A DNA stretch of 63,829 bases, the filler included, from Octopus bimaculoides (taxonomy: Eukaryota), in NCBI RefSeq assembly GCF_001194135.2. It is 4 parts of 3 records of this genome, joined end to end, with 100 filler letters (N's around TTAATTAATTAA, not from the genome) between each part and the next. Parts side by side here need not be neighbours in the genome. Positions count along the whole stretch, not along the records: positions 1 to 16,804 come from NC_068985.1; positions 16,905 to 36,772 come from NC_068985.1; 2 more parts are not named here. The stretch is one strand, 5' to 3'. A program made the translations under genes and the position numbers. The notes below the pieces were generated by a model, which was not told where the DNA came from, did not search any database, and saw nothing but the letters and a program-made list of their open reading frames with translations. Below are positions 11,880 through 23,318 of the stretch, in pieces; the stretch's first letter is position 1, and every line of letters begins with the position of its first letter.

Positions 11880-12130
11880 TTATAATGGTGACGATAAGGA
11901 TGATGATGGTGGAGAGGAAAGGGGTGAGTGTGAAAAGGGGGAAGAGAATAATATTTATGGTAACGACGAGTAGGAGGATGAACCGGAAAAAGAGGATAAT
12001 GATGATGACGATGACTACGACGCCAAGGCTGCTGCTGCTGCTTCTGCTGCTGTTGATGATGATGATGATGATGATGATTTTGAGGATAATGACGAGAGCG
12101 ATGGCGAAAATAATAATGATAATGAAAGTA
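11880..12130 (+). repeat. (GAT/GAG/GCT)n low-complexity tract
   Basis: Direct inspection. Confidence 0.85.
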
Positions 12131-12920
12131 TAAATTATTTATATAATGTAAGATATCAAATATTTATAAAATAGAGCAAGTTAAGGAGACAGTTCCCGGC
12201 TCTAGAGAGTTGTTTATGTAACAACGAAGCCGTTTGGTTCGATACTCAACCCGACCTTCCGAAAATGTCGCCGTGGGGTTAATTTCATTATAGAGTGACT
12301 TAATATAGAAGTATATGACTCTGCGAATTTATTTATTCATGAGCACCATCCCCACCCTGTAATGGTACTTTTAGTAATTATAGCATACTGTAAAAACACA
12401 GTTTTATATACGAATTTCTTTTCACTAGATACTATGTCTGACGCGTAAAATCGAGACATTTATAGACATCCGAATCAATTACACTAAATTACTTCTATTT
12501 ATTTTATCGTCTACGTCGGGAATAAAAGTGAAGTCAACCATTCTTTGATTCCGCCAATAAAGTACTTAGCAAGAGACAATAAAATATTCAGTCTGGCCGT
12601 ATATTCAGCCGGACTATTCACTCATTGTGTTATATATTTTATATAATCTTCCAAGCGTTTTCTAATAGTGCTTCATTAATACCGGAAATGCCTTGAAAGA
12701 CATCATAGAATAGAAAAAAAAAAGTGAGTATTTGCTGACGGGCGTTTCTTATGCAATGATTACTTTTTGTCAACTGTCTCTCATAAAGTTTAGATACAAA
12801 TATAGAAATCTTTACTAGTTCTCACCTATAAGTTAACACCACATTAGATATGATATTGTTCCAAAAGTAAATCTGTCCTGCTAGATCCTAGCAAACGTTA
12901 ATATTATAGTTTGATATAAC

Positions 12921-13140
12921 GTGGTGAGCTGGCAGAACCGTTACCGCACCCGACAAAATGCTTAGCGGCATTTCGTCCGTTTCTACGTTCTCAGTTTAAA
13001 TTCCGCCGAGATCGACCTTAACTTTCATCCTTTTGGAGTCGATAGAATAAGTACCAGTCATGTACTGGGATCAATGTAATCGACTTACCCTCCCCTCTCA
13101 GAAATTGCTGGCCTTGTGCCAAAACTTCAAACCAATATTA
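12921..13140 (+). mobile_element. SINE family B
   Basis: ggtgagctggcagaa head, ctttcatccttttggagtcgata core and ggccttgtgcc tail. Confidence 0.85.
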
Positions 13141-13217
13141 TAGTTTGATATCTGAATTCATCGCATCGGCACTGAACTTTTCTATTATGGTATCTCTCTT
13201 TGTATATAAACTCCACA

Positions 13218-13512
13218 AGGTGCATGGGTTAGTGGTTAGGGTGTTGCACTCATGATTGCGACATCCTGGTTTCGATTTCCAGCCTGGGCGTTGCGTTGTG
13301 TTCTTGACCAAAAACTTCATTTCTCGTTTCCCTACGATCACTTCATCTGAAATGCCGCACGTCAGGCACCTGTACAGACAATGACGATTTGATGGAAAGA
13401 GTGAGCTTATGCGAATAGAAACATTTGATTACTATAAACAAAACATCTGTGTGGTTGTTCTGCAAGAAATTGCAGGACCCTCATACGTCGTCTAACGACC
13501 GGAGAGTACGTT
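13218..13512 (+). mobile_element. SINE family D (tRNA head)
   Basis: A box-like ttagtggttagggtg and B box-like gtttcgatttcc; homologous to 41668-41960. Confidence 0.7.
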
Positions 13513-13569
13513 GTATGTATGTATGTATGTATGTATGTATGCATGCATACATGCATGTATGCATGTGTT

Positions 13570-13775
13570 GTGCGAGAGTACGACGCCTCCTGACGAGACT
13601 GGACTGGGCCACTACATATAATTAGTTGCAGTCTGAGGAAATGAGTTATTTGACCAGGACCTACAGAGGGCAGGTGAGACTCTAAAGGACTACGAAGCGG
13701 TGGCAGGAGCAAGAATTAACGGGGATTAGTCGGTCGGCTTGTAGCTCAGTACCTGGAGAGGCAAGTCGATGCCGT
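13570..13775 (+). mobile_element. Tx1/L1-type reverse transcriptase fragment
   Basis: Reads ETLKDYEAVAGARINGD*SVGL*LSTWRGKSMP, matching the L1/Tx1 RT C-terminal motif (Y...SGA.IN..KS). Confidence 0.7.
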
Positions 13776-13778
13776 CAA

Positions 13779-14115
13779 ACAACTAAAGGAGGCAGCACAA
13801 ATGCTTGGACCTCCTAAGCAGACCTAATACAGATATGAGTAGAATATGCGAACCGGTATTAAGGAAGGATAGGAAAATATTAGATTTATAAGCCCTAAAA
13901 TTCACTCCAAAATTGCCCACAGGCATATAGCGTAGTGGTTAAGAGCGAGTTCAATTCTATAATAATGATAATACCTTAGGAGTGAGAACCCAAGGTTAGG
14001 TTCAAAATTCCACCAGGATACCTGATGAAGGCTTGAGAGTAAATCAGCCGAAATGTGGTAACAACAAACAAGATGAGGACACTTATTCGTCCAATGTAAA
14101 TAATGTAAATAACAT
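13779..14115 (+). mobile_element. PLE family 1 3' end (ORF end, tRNA-like module, short AAT, hammerhead) lacking the Dong insert
   Basis: Begins KLKEAAQMLG; collinear with reverse complement of 1260-1470 and then with 2165-2305. Confidence 0.8.
14017..14062 (+). ncRNA. Hammerhead-like motif (PLE family 1), second copy, degenerate
   Basis: CTGATGA (14022-14028), stem II GGCT/AGCC, GAAA (14050-14053); cleavage region decayed. Confidence 0.5.
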
Positions 14116-14169
14116 AAAGTGTGGGGGGTTTACATATAATAATGAAATGATAAAAAAAGCAAGTATACA

Positions 14170-14823
14170 CGGTATACACTGAAAAAGAAGGGACATATGC
14201 ATCGCATACAATGTTAAGAAAAAAATGGCGGGGAAGATGATAGAGATGTGGCCTTCTTGATACAGGAAGGCCTCAAGGGATAATCGAGGAACCCTTACTG
14301 TCCGAGATTTCCCTGAAAACCTAGGAGCAAGTGCCCTCTCCAATTCCTTCTCCCCGACTCACAGGTCTACATTTAGAGAGGTACCATCCACTATTGCCAT
14401 TTTCTCAACTTTCACCCACCTTTCAATAAGCACTCACAATTTCCTTTTCAAGTGAAATGTGAAAAAGTCAATACTAAAGAGGAATGTATCTGTTCTCACT
14501 AAACAACCTCTTTCGCCACAGGCAAAAGAAAACTGCCTTGCCTACTCGATTGAAGGAGGGCAATGACGCGATCATTACTACAGACTCAGCCGACAGACAA
14601 ATTCGTCCTACACGTGACAGCAGCTGTTCCACATAACCCCACCCCACAAGTTAGCAATGCCCGGACATTGAACGAGGGCGTATAGAACGGTTTCGTCGCT
14701 CTGCGCGCACATCAGACAAGTCCGTCTGTAGAGTTTATCTCGGACCGGTAGCGCCTCCCGGTAGCACTGGAAATTATCCATGATAGTTCCCAACCGAAAG
14801 TCCTCAAACCGTGCCCCTCGCAA
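14170..14823 (-). mobile_element. Tx1/L1-type LINE 3' ORF2 fragment (zf-RVT)
   Basis: REALPVRDKLYRRTCLMCAQSDETVLYALVQCP matches the zf-RVT motif; the downstream part is homologous to 47288-47520. Confidence 0.8.
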
Positions 14824-15374
14824 AAGTAAGTTTATATTTCAAAATATGAAAAATACAAACCGAAAGTTCATATACAAATGTCAAAGTAGCAAAAAGTTAA
14901 ATACTAATTGAGAGATGGTTGTGTCATTCAATTCATTTAGGCAAATTATAGTACGACAGTGTTATTTAATTTTGAATCTGAAATTTCATGAGGATAAGAA
15001 CTAAACTAGCATCAATCTATCTTCGAAATTGACGTCTTATGGACATATTCAGTGCATGACTATGTTTCAGTTTATTTCGGTCGTTGCCTCAGCAGTTTCC
15101 ATTTCAATAATAAATATGAGAAATAAGCTATTGAACTAAAATATACGATGTTGAACTAAATCTTTTAATACGTCCTCACCTGTTGCGGCTGTATTTCAAT
15201 ATTTTTCATTCATATAGTGGCGAGAATTTTCAGCTTTTCAATTAATTTTGAAAGACTTCTCAAAAGTGTCCGATAACGTGACACGCTGCCACTTTTCACA
15301 GCTCACTGGTCACTTGTCTCAGTTTCACTCTGTTAGTAATAACAATGACAATTATAATACTGGTTTCAAATTTT

Positions 15375-15742
15375 ACGTTCTGAGTTCAAATTCCGCCGAG
15401 GTCGACTTTGCTTTTCATCATTTCGGTGTTAATAAATTAAGTACCAGTTACGTACTGAGGTCGATCTTATCGACTGGACCCCTCCCCGAAAATTTCGGGC
15501 CTTGTACCTAGAGCAGAAAAGAATATTAAAGGCGGTGAGCTGGCAGAAACGTTAGCACACCGGGTGAGATGCTCAACGGCATTTCGTCTGTCTTTACGTT
15601 CTGAGTTCAAATTCCGCCGAGGTCGAGTTTGCCTTTCATCCTTTTGGAGTCGATAAATTAAGTACCAGTTGCGTACTGGGTCGATCTAATCGACTGCCCC
15701 TCCTCTCCAGAAATTTTTGGCTTTGTGCCTACAGTAGAAAAG
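15375..15742 (+). mobile_element. Tandem SINE B dimer (5'-truncated monomer plus full monomer)
   Basis: Two head-to-tail copies flanked by the 19-bp direct repeat aatactggtttcaaatttt (15356-15374 and 15743-15761). Confidence 0.85.
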
Positions 15743-15747
15743 AATAC

Positions 15748-16170
15748 TGGTTTCAAATTTTGGCACAGGGCCAGCAGTTTTATTGAGCGGAGGGGCAAAT
15801 TGATTGTATCGACTCAGTATTTGACTGGTACTTATTCTATTGACCCCGAAAGAATGAAAGTCAAAGTTGACTACAGCAGAATTTGAGCTCAGAGCGAAAA
15901 GACGAACGAAATGACACTAAGTATGTTATCCAGCGTGTTAAGGCTTTTTATTTCTTTATTGCCCACAGGGGGTTAAACATAGAGGGGACAAACAAGGATA
16001 GATAGAAGGATTAAGTCGATTACATCGACACCAGTGCGTAACTGGTACTTAATTTATCGACCCCGAAAGGATGAAAGGCAAAGTCGACCTCGGTGGAATT
16101 TGAACTCAGAACGTAACGGCAGACGAAATACCGCTAAGCATTTCGTCCGGCGTGCTAACGTTTCTGCCAA
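15748..16170 (-). mobile_element. Two SINE B copies (old 15748-15945, young 15950-16170)
   Basis: Homology to other B copies. Confidence 0.85.
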
Positions 16171-16438
16171 CCCACCACCTTAATAATAATAAGAAGAACA
16201 GCAACAACAATAATAAAACTCCTTTCTACTATGCCCAAGGTCTGAAATTTAGTGGGAGGAGACAAACATTTTGTGCGACGCGCTAATGATTCTGTCAGCT
16301 CGCCGGCTTAATAATAATGACAATGAAACAACATCAGCAACAATAACGCTAATGATGATGATGATGTTGAAGAGGAGAAGAATCATGATGGTGACGAAGA
16401 TGGTGATAATAATAACCATCATAATTATAATAATGGTA

Positions 16439-16477
<39 letters not shown>

Positions 16478-16715
16478 AAACTAATTAGTTTGAAACAGAC
16501 AAAGTTTAGTAATCGGACTGAAAGACACTTACCTCACCACCACCACTGTCACCACTATCACCATCACCACCACCATCACCATTAGCACCATCTCAGCCAC
16601 CACATCGTCATCATCGCCTAACCCTATAACGCTCACAACAACACCTAACAAAACTTCACATTCGTCCCCTTTTTTGTTCCCCCTCAACCACCACCACCAC
16701 CACCACCACCCGCAA
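16170..16715 (+). repeat. Mixed (AAT)n/(GAT)n/(ATT)n/(CAC)n tract
   Basis: Direct inspection. Confidence 0.85.
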
Positions 16716-16804
16716 TCAGATTAATTAACTGATAATATGTGATATTTATTAGTTGGAAACCGTGTGTCGGAAGCAGATGCGAATCATCGGAGATTGGACA
16801 GACG

Positions 16805-16904
16805 NNNNNNNNNNNNNNNNNNNNNNNNNNNNNNNNNNNNNNNNNNNNTTAATTAATTAANNNNNNNNNNNNNNNNNNNNNNNNNNNNNNNNNNNNNNNN
16901 NNNN
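16805..16904. other. Assembly gap placeholder: 44 N + TTAATTAATTAA + 44 N
   Basis: An identical 100-bp structure occurs at 36773-36872 and 62564-62663. Confidence 0.95.
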
Positions 16905-16945
<41 letters not shown>

Positions 16946-17292
16946 CATACATACATACATACACACATTGTGTGTGTGGGTGTGTGTGTGTGTACGTGCA
17001 TGCAGGCAGGCACACACATTTTAATTTATATGAATAAACCGCGAATTGACAGAGTCGTTACAACTTTGGGATACAAAACCACGTGCTGTGATATCTACAT
17101 TTCCGTTCTTTGCAGTTCGAATCACATCGAAATCGTCTTTCAGCCGTTCAGCATCAATGAATTAGCAATGGACGGCGTTGGGTTGGCAGGACTGGTGTCG
17201 GGTCGGACACGGCGCTCTGTGGTGTCTATTCCAGTTGTTCACCTTCTGAAAGCAACACGTGTCGATACACTCATCTTTATATTTGCGAAGTG

Positions 17293-17615
17293 AAGGCGCG
17301 TGACTTAGTGGTAAAGGTAGTTGACTCACGATCGTAAGGTCGTGAGTTCGATACCCAGTGGCGTGTTGTGTCCTTGAGCAAGACACTTTATTTCACGCTG
17401 CTCCACTCCACTCACCTGGCAAAACTGAGTAGTGTACCTGTATTTCAAAGGGCCAGCCTTGTCACACTCTGTGTCACGCTGAATTTCCCTGAGAACTAGG
17501 TTAACGGTACACGTGTCTGTGGAGTGCTCAGCCATTTGCACGTTAATTTCACGAAGAGGTTGTTCTGTTGATCGAATGAACTGAAGCACTCATTGTCGTA
17601 ACCGACGGAGTGCCA
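17293..17615 (+). mobile_element. SINE family C (tRNA head)
   Basis: A box tgacttagtgg, B box gagttcgatacc, followed by tgtgtccttgagcaagacact. Confidence 0.85.
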
Positions 17616-17891
17616 GTTAAGTTAACCATTCTGTGAGGTGATATCAGAACTTTATCGAATCAGGCCCTGAACAAGTACACCATTATTGCAATAAATAACC
17701 AGATTCAAATATTATTTTTTTCGGGTCGTGTCCCCTTCTAAGTAGTCACCTTGTGAACCCAAGAAGCAATCTGAGAGGGTCTTCTACGCTGGAATTTCAT
17801 CTACCCTCCCTAAGTGGCTACCAAGCAGATGAGTAGAGAGAGTTTGGAACCACAGCCATTTCCTTCTTTGTCAAAAAGACTGTCTCGTATT

Positions 17892-18106
17892 CTTTTCTAC
17901 TCTAGGCACAAGGCCCGAAATTTTGGGGGTAAGGGGCCAGTCGATTAGATCAACTCCAGTACGCAACTGGTACTTAATTTATTGACCTTGAAAGGATGAA
18001 AGACAAAGTCGACTTCGGCGGAATTTGAACTCCGAACGTAAAGACAGACAAAATACCGATAACCATTTCGCCTGACGAGCTAACGATTCTGCCAGCTCGC
18101 CACCTT
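17892..18106 (-). mobile_element. SINE family B with target-site duplication
   Basis: 17-bp TSD aaagactgtctc(g/a)tatt at 17875-17891 and 18107-18123. Confidence 0.9.
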
Positions 18107-18875
18107 AAAGACTGTCTCATATTGAGTAAGGTGTGACTGAGCGGGATGTCAGGATGCAACGGTCAGTTGTAGTTGAGTCACAGTTTTAAGAATTTCTTTT
18201 ACCTTCTGTCGTGTGTCTCTTGGTGTTTTACCGTCAATGATCGCTCTGAATAATCTTTAATTGATACTCGACCGACATTAAAGCACGCATGCCATTGAAA
18301 GTCTTGTGTTCAACATAAACAAAACGTCGCCAAGAACCAACCGGACGAATGCGAGGAACTCTGTTCCGTTGAGTTTCATACAAATCTCGATGCAGCCATG
18401 TTGCCTGAATTTGTGATCCATCGTAAGATTATAGAGCTGCTCTAATGCGACATATGACCTCGTGGAATAACTGAATTCAACCCAAAAGCATGGAGCCTAT
18501 ACGTAGGCTGGCTACCAACGATCGTCAACTGACGTAAATCCGTAAAATTTCTGTAGACCTCTCTCGTGTGTGAGTGTATATATATNNNNNNNNNNNNNNN
18601 NNNNNNNNNNNNNNNNNNNNNNNNNNNNNNNNNNNNNNNNNNNNNNNNNNNNNNNNNNNNNNNNNNNNNNNNNNNNNNNNNNNNNNNNNNNNNNNNNNNN
18701 NNNNNNNNNNNNNNNNNNNNNNNNNNNNNNNNNNNNNNNNNNNNNNNNNNNNNNNNNNNNNNNNNNNNNNNNNNNNNNNNNNNTATATATATTGTGTGTA
18801 TATATATGACCAAGACAGCAGGTGTAAAAACAACAAACAGGTGTATTAATTTGACGCACGGGAAGGTGAGAAAGT

Positions 18876-18911
18876 CTTTTACGTTTCGAGCCTACGCTCT
18901 TCAACAGAAAG
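18876..18911 (-). ncRNA. Minimal hammerhead-like motif (family 2)
   Basis: Minus strand CTTT-CTGTTGA-A-GAGC-gtag-GCTC-GAAA-CG-TA-AAAG: 4-bp stem I, 4-bp stem II, palindromic ACGT. Confidence 0.6.
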
Positions 18912-19391
18912 GAACACGAGGAAATATATATATATATAGATGGTGGTTGTCTACTCCTTATGCAGAGTTTGACCACCACCTGTATCTACATCTTATATCC
19001 ATCATGGCGTCTGATGTGGCTTTTTAAACCAGACACTGTTTTGAAAAGACACCCACATAGATTGCATATCCGATTCGGACCACCAAGAGCTGCACTTAAG
19101 TTCTGAACTTTGTGGATCTTAAAATGTCTTTTGAGGTTTCCGTTAGATTTGCACACCTTATAGCATACGTGGCAGACATATAGGCAGAATAGTTGGTAAT
19201 TCCCATTAATAACGGTTAAACGGCTAGAAACGCAGCGTCTGAAATTCCGGAAGTGGGCAGCACTGGACAGATAAGATGTTTTTACACATTTTACAAGAAA
19301 AATTTTTTTCTTTGCGGTAATTGTAGTGAATTTTCGTTGAGAAGTTGAAATATGTCACAAACATATTTTAACTAACCTAATGTTTGCGTGT

Positions 19392-19448
<57 letters not shown>

Positions 19449-19461
19449 CATATATATAATA

Positions 19462-20050
19462 CGAGGCTGGGAAGCAAAACTTGGAATTTTTTGTTAACCT
19501 AATCTTTTTATGTAGCATTGGTCTATTATAACATTATTTTTTTTCTTATCTTCAGCATTAGTTCTCATAATTTTATTTGCTTTTTCATGTACAAGTCCAG
19601 CCATGTCACTCCATGAAGCAAAGAGACAGCATATTGCTGATTTGCTCCGGGCAGGAATTAACACCAAGCGAATTTCTGAGTTGGTTAATGTGTCATTAAG
19701 CTCATTTTACCGCACCAAGAATCGTTTGGATAACATCAGAGTCATTCAGGCGAAACAAGGCACTGGAGGAACCAATAATAATCGAGACCCAGTGTTCGTG
19801 AAGCCGCTCAAATCTAAAATTTCGAAGGATCCAATCACATCCATGAAGAAGCTGGCAATTGGCATGAAAGTCGATGCCAAGACTAGAAGAAATGCTGTTC
19901 ACTGCGATTTAGGCCTGCAATCCTATGCACAAACTCCAAGACATCACCTGACCGACTGACTGAAAGCTAAGGGGCTTGAAAGCGTATTCTTGAAAACAAG
20001 ATTTTGCTGCAGATTTTGGCTACAAAAACTGATCAATCTATACCTCGGTA
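19462..20050 (+). mobile_element. Tc1/mariner-type transposon 5' portion (HTH region)
   Basis: ORF 19603-19959 (IADLLRAG...ISELVNVSLSSFYRTK...DPITSMKKLA...DLGLQSY) resembles the paired-like HTH N-terminus; starts TA-CGAGG. Right end uncertain. Confidence 0.7.
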
Positions 20051-20660
20051 TTATTTAGCTTATTCAAGATTTCATTTCTTTGGTATTAGTTTTTGACCAT
20101 TTTCTCCCAATTATCAACTTTGTTTTGTTGTAAATTATTACAGACTTCAAGTAATGGATCGGAGAGTCCTCCTTCCATTGGTATATTATCAAAACCTGGT
20201 GCTTTGCCATTTATTATCGATAAGTAAGGACATTTTACTACGTTAAATATAGATTGGCCTATGATGTTTGATGGCCATCCAAGTAGCTTAGAGAAGTGAT
20301 CCTTCAACTTTTTAAAGTTTGGTTTTCAAGATCTTTTGCGTCTCGTTTTCCTCTATCGGTTTTCTTTCTCCATGTTATTTTATTCACAGTTGTTCATGTA
20401 AAGAAAAGCTACCGATTTTCTAAAGCATTTTGGATAATATTTCTTTTAACCTGAAGATATTCTTCAAATTCTTGTTTATAAGTTCCATTTAATTGTTTTA
20501 TGTAATAGAATGTGGTTCTGTAAGATCTCATGAGTTTATTGATTTTACTTGTAGCATTGCAGAATTCCTTCGGTTCTCTTTTCTTATCTCCTGCTTTCCT
20601 AAGGGATACGGTTCTTTTGTCTTTCTTTCTTTCTCCTTATGGAATATCTTCTGTATTTTC
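20040..20660 (-). mobile_element. Decayed APE-type LINE (RTE-like), pre-RT fragment
   Basis: GKAPGFDNIPMEGG..LLEVCN matches the KAPG.D.I..E motif. Confidence 0.6.
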
Positions 20661-20663
20661 CCG

Positions 20664-20695
<32 letters not shown>

Positions 20696-21069
20696 ACTAC
20701 AAGCAGAGTTGGTATTTTTAACATCATTTAACCATTTAACACTTGTAATGCGAGGAAGCGAGATTTACATCAATCGTATATGAAGCCCTCTTATAACTGC
20801 ATCAGTGGTAAGTTCTCTCCGGTCGTAATATTTTAAGCTTTATTCGTGCTTAGCATGAACGTTCCTGTCACAATTCGAGGGACAAACTTGAAAAGTAAAA
20901 ACTTTGCCTTTCACAACACTATTTTCACATTTGTTTGTTGATTAGAATGTGAGCCAGCTGGGTTCTATTGCTAAAGGATGAAAACATCACTGCTTACCTT
21001 TCCCCTCTGTATTTTCGACTTTAATTGATCATTTCACATTCTGTTTCACATTCTGGCATTATGGAAGGA

Positions 21070-21645
21070 AAGCTCGAAGAGAGAAAATGAAGAATTGTAT
21101 TGTTATGGCCATCATTGGACAAGATGTCAACAAAATGGGGAATACATTTTTGCCACAGAGCCTCTCAAAACTAGAAACCAATATTTAAGCATTATCTAAG
21201 CCTAATTAGGTTACCTGTGAAGAAGAAAACCAAACAATACCAAAGTAAGCGATCCCCACAGATCATGAATTCACAAACATTTTCCTCTTTACAAGAAATG
21301 TTGGCCGACCCAGAATAACGAGACTAAGTTATTAGAAATTCACAACTGAGCATAACATATATGCATTCTCATCATCAACTGCCCAAACAGATATCACTGT
21401 GGTTTCGACACCTGAGAAGGCCTCAAAATACTGTTCTTAGAATTACTGTAGAAGGCACAATGATATATGGATCTGAATTCTAAATACTTAAGAAAGCAAC
21501 AGAAAACAGACTAGGGTGAACAACGTTTCTGGGGAACAAAATTTACCGAACAGAGTATTATAAAGGAAATATAACCTTATTAAAAAAAAAACATCAAACA
21601 CCAGAGACTTAAGTTTGTGGGGCAACTGGTGGCGAAGGAAAAAAT
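21070..21645 (+). mobile_element. Decayed RTE-like RT C-terminal fragment
   Basis: TVEGTMIYGSEF*ILKKATENRL...RLKFVG remnants, matching the YGSE.W and RL.F.GH motifs. Confidence 0.55.
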
Positions 21646-22414
21646 ATGTAGTTGTACGTTAAATATTACTATACTAAGCAGCATGGGATAGAAAATAAGA
21701 AGAGGTAGAGCTTGTCGAACAGGTGCCAGTGGTTCCTGGAGGGTAGAAACCTTGGAAAAATTGTGTTGCGGAAAGGATGGAGGACAGAAAAATGTGGAGG
21801 AGACTGTTCAATAGAATTGAGATTCGCTTGACAGACGTATATGCATGCATACATATATACATATACACATACATACATTCATACAAACATACATACATAC
21901 AAACATACATACAAACATACATACATACATGCAAGGCTAAATAAATTGAAAGGTATAATGAATAAACGCTCTAATTGGCCAAAACAACTATATAACATTC
22001 CCATATTATCACAAATCGAACATAAATATTTTTGGGTTTATCGAATTTATAAAATTATCCTCATATGCATACAAGGCTATGTACCTACAAGTTTACAATT
22101 TTACACAAAAAACAAGAAATACTAGGTTTTTTTTTTTTGGAAAAAAGTGCGAAAGAGGCAAATTGTCCGAATCTAATCTATTGGTGGCACATTGAGGATT
22201 TGTATGACATTCGAAAGATTATCTGAGATACTTGGATGTCTGCATCGACAGCCAAACCAAGACCCTAACTCGACCATTTATTTACACACACCGTCAGTTC
22301 TCTTAACACAGAAGTCCTGTCGCTTTGTCAGTGAAGAGAAACTGAAACTCAAAGAAAAAACATACACATACGTATATACCTACACACACACACACACTTA
22401 CACATAAACACATC

Positions 22415-22502
<88 letters not shown>

Positions 22503-22600
22503 ACCCACTAATTTTGTGCCTCCTGTCTGAAATAATACAATTAAATATTAACGTTGCTGCATTCCTCTGAGGCAGTCATTTATAAAGTGACGCCAGTTGA

Positions 22601-22723
22601 TTCTTCTTCTTCTTCTTCTTCTTCTTCTTCTTCTTCTTCTTCTTCTTCTTCTTCTTCTTCTTCTTCTTCTTCTTCTTCTTCTTCTTCTTCTTCTTCTTCT
22701 TCTTCTTCTTCTTCTTCTTCTTC
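22601..22723 (+). repeat. Pure (TTC)41 tract
   Basis: 123 bp uninterrupted. Confidence 0.97.
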
Positions 22724-23318
22724 TGCTCTTGGTCCCTATTGACGACAGGGGAGAACTTCATCCGTCGCTTGAAGCAGCTTCATTGTATTTCTTTGGTAAA
22801 TTCAGGATATGAGCAAGGAAACAGTAATAACGCCAGAAGTTTCAGATAAACCAATAAGAAACCTGTACTCTCCAATGGACGATTGGCAAAAATCTATAAC
22901 ACTCTTGCTCCACAATCAACAATTTCCAACGCAACTCGTATTTGCTTAAAGCGAACTAAGTCAAACTTTTAAAAACTTCTACTTTATTGATCTATCGACT
23001 CAACAACTTTTGATTCTGGCTTTTGCTTCACAGTGTTTCTTTCAATGGAAATAGTTTAATCGACGATATATTTGTTGTATCGTCATCTGTATGTCGACGA
23101 GCTAAACAGAAATTAACTGGACAGTAGGGAGAATACGTGTCCAAAAGCGTTACACTCAGTTCCGTATGATTCCTTCCCGCATGTCTGAGTGAGCAGTATC
23201 GTTCTTAACCAGGTAGATTTGGAATAACAAATCTTAGGTCGATTTGTTCTTCTGGGGCACGGCGGACTTACAACAACAGCAACAGTTTCGCTGTTCATTT
23301 GATTTGTTACTCCAACTA

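Noticed and set aside
13586-13645. CTGACGA followed by a GACTG/CAGTC stem
   Set aside because: GAAA does not directly follow the stem, and the site lies in or next to a Tx1 RT fragment.
17293-17365. tRNA gene candidates at SINE heads
   Set aside because: A/B boxes are present but there is no full cloverleaf, and they continue into SINE bodies; no true tRNA gene is supported.
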